This document shows positions 27,600-39,470 of a stretch of DNA of 64,000 nt, piece by piece (position 1 is the stretch's first letter; every line of letters starts with the position of its first letter). A model generated the notes under the pieces. The model saw only the letters and a program-made list of their open reading frames with translations. It was not told the DNA's origin and searched no databases. The stretch lies in NCBI RefSeq assembly GCF_009914755.1, contig NC_060925.1; one strand, 5' to 3'. The stretch comes from the human T2T-CHM13v2.0 reference genome, Homo sapiens. The translations under genes and the position numbers were made by a program.

Positions 27600-27760
27600 G
27601 AGGTAGTGTGATGTAAAAGACCAAATATCGACTTTGGAGTCACAGTGGCCTGGGTCACATTCCTGGCTGTAAAACAGACTAGCTGAATAACCCTGGACAA
27701 GTCAACTAGCTTCTCATAGTCTCAATTTTGTTACCTGTGAAATAAATACAGCCATACTTT
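27600..27760 (+). mobile_element. MIR SINE
   Basis: gactttggagtcacag..cctgggtc...tagctgaataaccctggacaagtcaact...ctcaattttgttacctgtgaaat. Confidence 0.65.
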
Positions 27761-28193
27761 CATTTCAGCCACTCTAAAGAATTAGCCATATAAAGAGGTA
27801 AGGTAAAGTAACTAGTACGATAGTAGGCCAATAGTCACTTTTCAGTAAATGGTAACTGGGACATAGGTTTGAAATAAAACAGCAGAACAATTGGACCATG
27901 AACTCGGCCACATTTAGCCATAGTGTAAGTAAGCTGGTGATGGTTTAGAAACTCTGAGGTGGACAATGCAGTACTGGCTCTAGGTCTAGATCTGACTTGC
28001 CTATTCCTGTGCTTTAGGAGAAAGTGCTTAGAGATTCCCTAGCAGCTCCAATCTGTACTCACCCTGCCATGGCTCAGGCTTGGCAGCTCAGAGTCCCAGC
28101 TTACTCCATTCCTCAGAAACTATGACTTTCATTTCATTTCATCTGGTCTTGGTCACATCAGTATAAGGGCTCTCAATCTTAAGGAAACCAGCT

Positions 28194-28217
28194 AAATCCA
28201 AATCCAAATCCAAATCC
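28194..28217. repeat. (AAATCC)4 hexamer repeat
   Basis: Four perfect units. Confidence 0.9.
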
Positions 28218-28854
28218 TGAGACTCTGTCTAGGGATTTTGATTTTATGCCCAAGATTCTGTGTTGATCTTCTTAAAAGCTTTCCCTTGCCTTTAGTTTCT
28301 TTCAATTTTAATTCTCTCTTTACTCTCTACCAGACCATTTTTAAGCTGCCAAAGGAGTTTATAACAGTATGTAGAGACTTTATGCATTCTAGGTATTCAA
28401 TATATATTTATGGAATTGAATCAAACACAACCATTCTGAAGCACTGCTTCTGTAATGTCATTTCTCAGTTCCACATTGCTTTTTAATTCAAGTCATAAAG
28501 CCTCAGGTTGGTTTACAAAGTCTTCCTGATTTATTCACCCTTGCTAATCCTTAAATCCCACAGTTCCAAATGTACACCCTCGTGCTGAGGTTCCCCCTTA
28601 CCTGTTTCTGATTGTTTCAGTGTTTCTTGTTCTTTGCCTTTGCTTCTGCTATTGCCCTTCCCTGGGACACTTCTTCTCCCCCTGTTCAAATCATGTCCAT
28701 CTCCAAGACTCACCCCAAGTACCACTCACCTCTGAAGCACTTCCCGTGATGCTTGCCAGCAGGACCTCATCCCTCCTGGACATTGGGTGGGACTCATCAT
28801 TACCAGATACTCTTACAATCATATTCCATAGAGAACTTTATTAGACCCCCTACT

Positions 28855-29121
28855 CAGGGCAGACTAATCCAGCATTACAGTAAGCACAGTACCTAGGGCC
28901 CATGACACTTTGAAGGACGCGTGAAAATATCATAACTTTTTTTTAGAAGCGGAAGGTAAATGTGAATTTTTAGGTGAAAAGAAAATGTTTAATGTATAAC
29001 ATTTATATATTATTTTTATAGAACTACACTTGTAAAATATCATTTTTAATTTTATTTATGGTGGAAGGGGCCCATGAAGGCAAAAGTACCTAGGGTCCAT
29101 GGAAGTCATAATACAGCCCTA
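28855..29121 (+). mobile_element. ORSL-like hAT-Tip100 DNA transposon
   Basis: cagggc...gccct termini; repeated agtacctaggg(c/t)ccatg subterminal motifs; ggaaggggcccatgaaggcaaaagt. Confidence 0.65.
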
Positions 29122-30532
29122 TCTTATAATGTCCTAGAATAGAAAGTCCTCTTTTCTTAATTAGAATGTTCAAGAGGCTATCAGCAGTCCCCAAGCCGAC
29201 GTTTGCTAACATAAGAAACCCCAGACACATAAATATAATTCTGACATATTTTTCAATATTTCAAACAGCCTAATCAAATAGTATATTTATCCATCATAAG
29301 CCCACATGCATTAACCAAAACGTCAATGTTCTTTGCTTTTGGCTGGGAGTACACTAAGTCATTTGGCAACACTGGTGATCTCATGCTGCTTAGTGGTTGT
29401 TGAAGACATGGGAATTTCTGTGATGTGACTGAAGAACCAGAAAACCATTATAAAGCCACATGTCAATCACAGAATACCCAAATGTAAGTGTCTTTTACAG
29501 AAGCCAAGTAAAATTAAGGTAAGGATGCAGAGTATCTCTAGGTCTTTAGTCATTTACTTAACTGTTTATTATCATCCAAGCCATTTTAATAGCTGTATGT
29601 GTGTAACTGCAAAACAGCATTATTATATTTTATGATTATGAGCAATTATTTAATATCTGGGCCTAAGATACAATGGGAAAGTATTTTAAAGATTTAAAAA
29701 GTGTTTTAAAGATTTTAAAACACGCAGTTCATGGAGTAGTGTGGGGAAAGGGAGACAGGGTTAATAATGAAAGGGGTCCATGGTAGTGAAAATATTGGAA
29801 CCCAGTAGATACCTCACAAATGTCTTTTGTACTCTCCCCCAACTACATCAATAACACTTAGCTGAAGGCTAATAGGTGAAACATCAATCGACTAATAATA
29901 GTGGTCATGGCACCAGTAGTCATAATAATAGTATAGCAGTCACAGTATGAGTGCATGCTCAGTAAATATTTTTGATGTATTACATAGCAGATGCTTCATC
30001 AAATTTGCTTGTTTGACATTTAGAGCACAGGGACCTTATACGTTTCAGCATTACATTACGCCTAAGCAGGGAGCTTTAGAGGAATGGCCTTCTGATGGCA
30101 GCTATATCTCATTTGCCAGTGAAAAGAAGTACATGATGGCAGCCTGGAGCTTTTCATTTGGCTCACCCTATTGTTTCTACTCCAAACACAATCCCTGACC
30201 AGTCTCATGAAATCACCTGCTACAAGTAAACGGACATGCACTCCCTGAATCCTTATACCTCCAAGTGAGGGCTGGCTCATGCTCCTGTACAGAATTAGGT
30301 AATAAGTCTCAAAAGAAGAGAGGGGCAAACAGACACTAGTGGGTTGTGTTTATTTAACCCTTGTCTCAGCAGCCTGTGAGCAGTGATTGTTGTGCATGGG
30401 ACTTTGTGAGCTTATTATAAAAGATGGCTGTGTGGGAAGTGAGAGTGGGATAATGCCAACGATTGGCCACCAATGAGGAAGGGGAGAGAGGGAATGATAT
30501 TTTAGAGTTTCCACCAGTATTCTGGGAAAAGA

Positions 30533-31024
30533 CTGGGATAAATCGTTTAATGCCACAAATTCTTCCCATCCCAGTAAATTCTCCTCATTACAGTGTGACT
30601 TTGCTGCACCTCCCATCTCTAGGTGGAATCTATTTCTCTACCCCCAACAATCTGGGCTGGCCTTGTGATTTCTCTGGACAATAAAATACAGTGACAGAGA
30701 TGTGTAACAAGCTTAGGAACCTAAGTCTCAAGATACCCTGCAGCTTGGGTCATTACCCTATTGGAAGGCGGCTCTGAGATGCCATCAGGGAAGATGACCC
30801 TTGTGAGAAAGACCTGTTGAGAAGGAGAGAGGCCCAGCTATTTGTGCTGTCTCGGCTGAGCCCAAACCCCAGATCTCTGAATTAGCTGAATGTGTCATGT
30901 GAAAGAAGCAAGGATTGACTAGCAGGAAAACTGCAAGTCAACCCTACGTATCCTGACAGTAACAGATTGTTGTTGTTTTAAGGTCTAGGGTGGTTTATAA
31001 AGCAGCAACACATAGCGGAAACAG
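30533..31024 (+). mobile_element. MLT1 (F/G/H group) MaLR LTR
   Basis: atgccacaaattcttcccatcc..gtgtgactttgctgc..tctgggctggccttgtga...gttgttttaag..gggtggttt..gcagcaa..gaaaca. Confidence 0.75.
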
Positions 31025-32786
31025 AGGCCAATAAATGTAACTGACCCTTTTTCCCTGACATTTTCAAAAATCTAAGGTCAGAATTGGAAGTGACCCGAGG
31101 AGGTCATTTCATGTCTGTCTGTTTCAACAATTTATATGAGGTTAACTGGAAATTCACCAAACATAATTATTCATTCTCAACCTTGAAGTTCATTTGCTTT
31201 TAATTGAAAAAAACTTTACCCATTTATATGAAAAGAAATACCACAAAGGTAAATTTAAACATTCTAATGTCACTGAACACTGAATTATAAATTTGATGAC
31301 TGAGAGTTAAATAACTCTCACAATTTTTTTTTTCCCGGAGAACCAATGGTACTTACAAAAATAGGAATAGAGCTTTTTTTTTTTTATTATTCCTGAAAAT
31401 TTTCAGTAAAGCAAAATAAACCTCCATGATCAACTTAGCACCAAAGCCTTAATTAAAGTCAGATGTTAAGGGAGAGTTCAAATTCCTCAGTTTTATTTCC
31501 TAATCCACACAAAGAGGCATCAGAAACATATTTCTCAGTTATTATTTACATACTCCATAACAGGGCTCATTGATTTTTATTTATGCATTTATGTATGTTT
31601 ATAACACCAACACTAAATTAAATCAATATGCCTTTAACTAAATACAGCCATAAGACCATTTCCACAGAGGATATTGAATATATGGCTGTTTTCTATTTAC
31701 TACCCATCAAAATTCTGGCAAGCATTTCATGAGACTGCATTAGTTTGAAACACCCCAACATTCCTATTATCAAGTTTTCCCAAGGTGTCTCTAGTGAAAG
31801 TGGGAAAAAATATATTTGTATGTAAGTTCAAATATAACAGCAAAGCCTGCCTATAAGGCTTACATTTGCAGCAGGAGTTATATTCAGAGTTGCCATAGCA
31901 GCCACCCACACTCACACACACACACAAAGGGGTGGTGGGGTAAGACAGAGAAACAGCAGAGAACAGAATCTATTGTTAAAAAGACAGAAGTACCCATCAA
32001 TGTAATTACAAGCAGGAATCCTAGTTTGTAGTCTGAACCAATGTTTAACAGTACAACACTTCCCAGTGCTGGAGTGTCTATTAAGGGATTTTGCTCTAAA
32101 TGAATCTACCATCTGCACCCTTGGCTTTACAGTTTACTGGATGCTGGTATTATGCAGGAAAGAATTCAGCAGCAGATGCACACACTAGGGCTAAAATAAT
32201 CTAATGTTTCCTTCTCTGGAACATTCAGAAACATCGCCACCAGAAAAATTTGTGGTTCTATGAATCTGAGAAAGTTACTTTACTTTTTGAGTCTCCTCAT
32301 TTATAAAATGGGTAAAATAATATCACGTACTTTAAGAAAATGCTACGAGGATTCAATAAATTATCACAAATTATCAATTATTAAATAAATAATAATGATA
32401 AATAACTTTAAAAATACAAAGGAACTAGTAAAGTATTAACTAAGTTAGTAAAAGTGAAGCAGTTGGTGCCTGACACATGGTAAATGTTCAACAAATGTTT
32501 GTTATAATTATTATCATTAATATGTCCCAATTTTTATTATAGAACAGTATGATTTATAATTCAGAAGTTTATAAAACAAATACATGCCAGTGGCCAGTAG
32601 ACTGGAGCAAGACAAGATGTTAAGATTCTTCTAGTGCATAAACAATAATACTTTCTCCTGTAGCAATGCCTTTGAAACACTATTTTGCCAGAATAAAAAG
32701 GCCAAGTATATTATTATAGCAGCACAATCAACACCACTGGCAAACATTGGTTACACAGCAAAATCTAACATGTACTGTGTTTTAAA

Positions 32787-33110
32787 TTTTTATTTGCTTA
32801 TTTATTTAGAGACAGGGTCTTGCTCTGTTACCCAGAGTGAAGTGTAGTTGAGTGATCATAGCTCACTGTAACCTCAAACTCCTGGACTCAAGAGATTCTC
32901 CCGTCTTGGCCTCTCATGTAGCTGGGACTACAGGCATGCAGCACCACACCTGGCTGAGGTTTTGCTTATTTTTTTTTCTTTCTCTCTCTCTTTTTTGTAA
33001 AGATGGGATCTCCTAGGTTGCCTAGGCTGGTCTCAAACTCCAAAGTGATCTTTCTGCTTTTTGGTCTCCCAAGGTTCTAGTATTACAGGCATGAGCCACC
33101 ACGCCCCATC
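32787..33110 (-). mobile_element. AluJ-type SINE
   Basis: gagacagggtcttgctctg...gatcatagctcactgtaacctcaaactcctggactcaag; highly diverged. Confidence 0.9.
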
Positions 33111-33996
33111 TGAATCTAATGTCTATTAGTATTAAAATATTTGTATAAGAATATTTGGGGTCAGAGAGCATTCTGGAATTTGTCTCCCATCATTGGCTAG
33201 GTCACGTATTTATATGCAGATATATTTGCAATTCATACCCAGATACAAATATGAACATCAAATTTAGACGTGATGGCAATGAGTGAAAAGTATTTTGTGA
33301 CTTCTGATTCACTCAAGTTTCAATCCCTGTTTTAAGGCTGAGTGCTTCATATTCTAGTAGAGGTGAAACATGTAGCCAAGAGATTTCTTGAATAGGAAAG
33401 AATATGCATGGGCTACCATACCTCATATCAGGCCCAAAGGTACCTTAGAATGTGCAAGAAAAAGCAATGCTGATGGGCTAAAGAAAACAGGGGAAATTAG
33501 AAGAATAGAGTTTGGGGACACAGTGAGATGGCAAGGAGAGAGTTATAACAGACAAACTTCAGAAAAGTTAGGAAGCAGTGAAAGAGAAAATAAATAAGAT
33601 AGGATAAAGGAAAGAATCCTTGACTCCATAAAAAGTTTCTGGATGGGATTTTTAAAATGTCCAGGCAGTGAGGGATAGAATTAACTTGGCTTAAAAACTT
33701 TAAAAAATGTTAAAATGCATACTCTATGGTTCTAAAATTATCCTGCCATTGTAAATGTTACGTGTAATGCTGTATTTCCTTCCTAAATTGTCCTTTTATT
33801 CAGTAATCTTTATTTGAATCTCAAGTAGAGATGTCACAAGGTATTCCATATATTCTTTCTGCTTTTAGAAATAACATGATTGTATTGAAAACATTTCCAT
33901 TATCAAATAGCTCTCTGAGGGTAAAAAAATAATTCCAAGTTTTTCCAAGTCATTAGAAATAATCAAATTTGGTTTCGAATTGGTCCTGAGATTTTA

Positions 33997-34567
<571 letters not shown>

Positions 34568-35172
34568 TCACTTCCAACTAAAGGTCCTAGGATAGCTGCA
34601 TGGGGGCCTGGCTCTTGCCACTAAGATGGTGGCCAATACTCTCAAGACTAAAGGAAAAAATAGAATTTCTAAGGACACTTTGGTTAGTTCTATGAGAAAA
34701 CGTTAAACGCTAATTGAGATATGATGAAGATATAGTTGCCTGTAATAATAGTGCTTTCTAGAAAAAAAGAGTGTCCCTTTCATCCCCAGCAGGGACTATG
34801 AGAGCTTGGGTAGGCAGCTAAGAGGCCTAGGTAGTTCTCTTCATCGTGCTATTACAAGTTCATGGGGAATGCTACAACAAATTTGTTTCCACTAAGTCCT
34901 GTTTAATATAAAGACAAACATATTCTCAAATAGAAATGCTAATGGCTACATTTTTTAATACAACCAACTACCCACACATAATCTCATGAGAGTCAACTGA
35001 CTTAATTTTGTTCAGAGTACAAACAGCTATTATTAAAAATAGATTAAATGGCCTACAGAAAGATATGAATGTGCTTTAAGTGACTTTCATTATGGCAGAG
35101 AAAAAGAATTTCTACATTGGAAAAATTAACAATAATACAGACTAAGACAACAAATTTATAATCCTTACTTAC

Positions 35173-35423
35173 GGTCAGATACATAGCTGCATACACACTG
35201 AGAGCTGCTTCTTTGGATGGAAAGGTTTTTCGGGCTCTCATGATGAGATCTGGGTTGCCAGTACAGGCCTCTTCCCCACTGATGAATTGTGTATACTGCT
35301 GACATCCAAGTGCTGTATAATTGGGCTTACACAGGGCAAGGAAATGTGGGGCCAGATTTCCTGTGACTACTTGTCCAGCATTTACAAAGATATCTGTAGC
35401 AAACAGTCCAAATGTATAAATTC
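35173..35423 (-). CDS. PLPPR5: PLPPR5 coding exon (probable exon 3), 251 nt: (G)IYTFGLFATDIFVNAGQVVTGNLAPHFLALCKPNYT...KTFPSKEAALSVYAAMYLT
   Basis: Inside ORF 35053..35439. Acceptor tttgttttcttccccag|GA, donor ACC|gtaagt. Carries degenerate PAP2 motifs C1 and C2 (PSKE) and an NYT sequon. 133+251=384 nt keeps frame. Confidence 0.96.
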
Positions 35424-35457
35424 CTGGGGAAGAAAACAAATAATTTTAACTTCTTGC

Positions 35458-35458
<1 letters not shown>

Positions 35459-35496
<38 letters not shown>
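35459..35496. repeat. (TG)19 microsatellite, read as (CA)19 in the pre-mRNA 35 nt upstream of the exon 3 acceptor
   Basis: Perfect dinucleotide run. Confidence 0.98.
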
Positions 35497-35498
<2 letters not shown>

Positions 35499-37818
35499 TG
35501 AATTTCAGTTTACAATAAACCAAAATGGAAATATTTTAGAAACTATAAAATATTCCATGCATATACATAGTTCCTTTTATTTCATCCCTCTCCAGTTCTT
35601 TCCTTGGCTTTCTGGAGTGGTGAAAGTGGTAAATATTGCTCTGTCTACTACTGGTTTTTGGGCATGGCAGGTTTATAAGACATAAGATAAAATAAGAACA
35701 TGTATTCTCAGACTCCGGGTAATGCAATTGTTCATGGAGTCATGTGTTCCTTGAGAGGGTATAGTCTATCATGCTCTACTAATGTTAGCAATTTCCTTTT
35801 CTCCCCCATTTTTTGAAAATTTTTTTATCTCACTAACGAAGCAAAGCAGTTGTCTCTCTTTGATTATGCTGTTACTCCCATTCAGACTGATGTTAACGCT
35901 GCTGGAGGTGCCAATTAGCAGTAAATCCAGTGCCATCAGTTTTCATTTAAATATGGAAAATCTTAAGTAAACCAGAATGCTTTCAGAGTAATCTCTACAT
36001 TGCCTTCAGAAACACATTTTTTTTAAAGTCATAGAACAGCTAGTAATTTATTTCCACCTTATCTTATATGGACTGGCTTCCAATTGATCCAATGTGGGCT
36101 ATTTAGTAAACAAGGCAATCAAAATTATAGGTTATTAATGATTTTTACAGTTTTAAAATTTATTTGCTTTGGTTACCTGAAGGTATAGAACTAAGTGTGT
36201 AGATATTTTTTCCTCCTTTGCTAAGGAACTTGCCAATTTACTTGAATACCAAAAACATTTTCTAAATTCAAAGTCATTGGTTATTATTGTTAAAACTTAT
36301 TTTTCTATTATACGGGCAAAATAATTTTTGGCATTAATTTCAATTAAACTTAGAGCTACAATCTTCAAGGATGTGGTACCAATGAAAGGAAATTCATCCT
36401 TTTATAATTTTGGGAATAAAATCCAACAGGACCTTTTAAAACTATCCCAAAGTAATACTTCTAAAAGTACTGATTTATTAAAATGTCATATACTTAGGTT
36501 ACAATAGTTAGATGTTTTTCTTTTTAGTCATATATTTCTGGATTATTTGTTTCCCAAGCCTTTTCATCATTATTGGCTGTTGTATAGTATATCACCATAA
36601 AAGTTGTACCAGATCAAATAATTTTCCAGTATTAGATGCATAGCTGTTCTTTTAAATTTTTGAAATATTATATAAGATTACAAAAAGTTTACATACAAAA
36701 ACCCCCACACAGCAAAACTCTATGTGTACACAAATGGGAATGAAACAAAGATATTAGTTCACTCTTTATCTAAAAAGCAAACAGTAAGAAGCCCTTTCTT
36801 AACATCTCACCAGCATTGTTTGAATCATACAAAGTAAAGGTTATCAAAATCAGAAATTTGAAAGAGGAAGAGAAATTAAAGAGAACTGAGCTCAATAAAA
36901 CTTCTTCCAAAATCTCATGGCCAAGCATGGGAACCTAAATCACAAGTCTTCTTCATTTGTACACCTTTGAAATCTAGGCTGTTTGGTGTAACGGGTTTTC
37001 CTGTTTATAACAGAGAGAAATATTTGATAAGAATGTGGAAATGTCTCTTGACACTTTAAAGTTCCCAAATGTGTTTTGGAATTAAAATGTCAGTGCATCA
37101 GCCCAAGGCTAATACTGTAGTTGACTACAAAGAAAATTATTAAAGTGAGATCCTGTAAGTGTATCTACACTTACCTAAAGTGCTTACCTAAAGTAAGCAC
37201 TGACCTAAAGAATAAAGTCACTATACAGAATGATGTACTATTATACAGTGATGCTTCGCTTACATGCTTCCACTTATTACAGCTAGAAACATCCAAACCA
37301 TAAGGGAACAAGAAACAAATGGGCTTTCATATTTTATAAAATCATATAAGAAGAAGCATGCAGAGACTTAAAAGCATACTGTACTTTGAGCCAAATATTC
37401 TTTAGAAATATGTGTGCAAATGCAGAAAAATATTTTACTTAAATAGGTACAATGTAATTTGCTTAACAGTATTTAGGAAAGCATCAATTTCTTTAAATAG
37501 TTTTAATTCTAAGCATATTGTTGCATATTGCTTTTTTTATTAAATGACTTATACAAAAAGAAATTAGTCAAGAACACAGTATTGATACATGTGAAAAAAT
37601 AACTTTTAAGGTTTCATATAAAAGTTGTCCCTTCAACAGGATAAATGAGGGCTTTGGAGATACATAACTTGATGTCAGTAAAAATAACAATCTTGGATAT
37701 GAAGGCCTTTCGTCTTCCGAGAGATCCAAAAGCCTGATAACATTTGGCTAGTCTTTAATGGGTTTATAGATAGATTAGGTGATCTATGCATAATATCTTC
37801 AAAGTCTTCATCCTGAAT

Positions 37819-37879
37819 CCTTCAATATGAGAAATATGTGGAAGAGTTCCCTTCAATATGAGAACTATGTTGAAGAGTT
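37819..37879. repeat. 31-bp-period tandem duplication
   Basis: ccttcaatatgagaa(a/c)tatgt(g/t)gaagagtt occurs twice. Confidence 0.9.
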
Positions 37880-38446
37880 ACATTATCTTTAGTGCATCTC
37901 TTAATACTAATAAAAATTTATCTTAAATGGCATTTAGCATATACACTTATTTTTATCTGATAAATCCAGGAAACAATTATTTATATTAAATTGTATTGCG
38001 TCAGTTAAAAAATGGGTCTAGGCTAAGTCCTGAATTAAAATGATTTTCAATAATTCATTCATGCATATATTTATTATTGCTAGTATTTGAGATTGAAAGT
38101 TAAATTATTAGTGAATCTTGTCCTCTAATAAAATCCCCAATACTTTTTTGTTTATATAAAAATCAACTTAGAAGTAGTGCATGGAGTGCTACATTTCTTC
38201 TATTTTCCAAGTTGTTTTTCTTATCCTTCGTGATGTTCGACAACCTACCTGGATTATCACCACCCTCCCACTAAGTACCGTTCAAAGATTTTCATAAACA
38301 CAGTAATCACGTAATTTTTGGCTCTTAAAGAATATTAAACATCCAAAGGTGGTGTTCTTTTTTCCTTAAAAGAATGTGGAAATGACATCCTAAAGTGGGA
38401 TCTTGCTATATTAAAGAGAAGGTAGTATGTAATGTTTATTTTTAAA

Positions 38447-38564
38447 TTTTTTAATTTATTTTTTATTTCAGTAGATTTTAGGGGAACAGGTGGTGTTTGG
38501 TTACATGAGTAAGTTCTTTAGTGGTGATGTCTGCGATTTTGATACAACCATCACCCAAGCAGTG
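38447..38564 (-). mobile_element. Very short 5'-truncated L1PB-type insertion with long TSD
   Basis: ggggaacaggtggtgtttggttacatgagtaagttctttagtggtgat is the L1PB 3' end; tgtaatgtttatttttaaa is duplicated at 38428-38446 and 38565-38583. Confidence 0.88.
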
Positions 38565-38714
38565 TGTAATGTTTATTTTTAAAAGCAAATTGAAACATTT
38601 CAAAGAAAAAAACCCCTAATATTTGCAAACAGTTAACATGTGGGTTATTTTAAGGTTTAGCTTACACATAGACACTGTTTCAGAAATATTAAAAATAATT
38701 TAATGAACACATAC

Positions 38715-38847
38715 CAAGAAATCGGACAGTTCGGCGCACCAGCGGGTTTATATAGCAACAGTCTCCAGTTAAAATAGTTTTTTCCTGGTTTTCAAAATCC
38801 CTTGTGGCTAGTTGTAGGCAAAAGACAGCAGTTTCTCCAACTATTAT
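38715..38847 (-). CDS. PLPPR5: PLPPR5 coding exon (probable exon 2), 133 nt: IIVGETAVFCLQLATRDFENQEKTILTGDCCYINPLVRRTVRFL(G)
   Basis: Acceptor ttttattttctttcaag|ATA, donor TTG|gtatgt. Phase 0 start and phase 1 end match the next exon. Too short for the ORF track; retains CpGs unlike its flanks. Confidence 0.95.
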
Positions 38848-39036
38848 CTTGAAAGAAAATAAAAGATTAAGGAATATTAGAATTTAACCAGTATAAATGT
38901 AAAATATTTTTATTTTAAAAATGTAAAATGGAGCCCCTTTGAATGGTAATAATCTCAATGTAAAACAGAGCCATAATCGATTTCCTAGATCCTTTGATTA
39001 TAGCCTTGTCCGTATGTATGTAAACCATATTTTTCT

Positions 39037-39470
39037 CAACCCAAATGTCCAACAATGATAGACTGGATTAAGAAAATGTGGCACATATACACCATGGAAT
39101 ACTATGCAGCCATAAAAAATGATGAGTTCATGTCCTTTGTAGGGACATGGATGAAATTGGAAATCATCATTCTCAGTAAACTATCGCAAGAACAAAAAAC
39201 CAAACACCACATATTCTCACTCATAGGTGGGAAGTGAACAATGAGAACACATGGACACAGGAAGGGGAACATCACACTCTGGGGACTGTTGTGGGGTTGG
39301 GGGAGGGGGGAGGGATGGCATTGGGAGATATACCTAATGCTAGATGACGAGTTAGTGGGAGCAGCGCACCAGCATGGCACATGTATACATATGTAACTAA
39401 CCTGCACATTGTGCACATGTGCCCTAAAACTTAAAGTATAATAATAATAAATAAATAAATAAATAAAAAG
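39037..39470 (+). mobile_element. Young 5'-truncated L1 (L1PA2-like) 3' end with G-rich tract and (TAAA)n tail
   Basis: ORF2 C-terminus WIKKMWHIYTMEYYAAIKNDEFMSF; gcattgggagatatacctaatgctagatgacgagttagtggg (GAG rather than the Ta-diagnostic ACA). Confidence 0.95.

Noticed and set aside
27725-27750. Other AG|GT recursive-site-like motifs (here and ~36170-36195)
   Set aside because: Weak donors (GTAACA, GTAACC), one lies inside a MIR, and such motifs are expected by chance.
35053-35439. ORF 35053..35439 (and ORF 3943..4170) as stand-alone genes
   Set aside because: They are exons read through into intron; homology stops exactly at the GT/AG sites.
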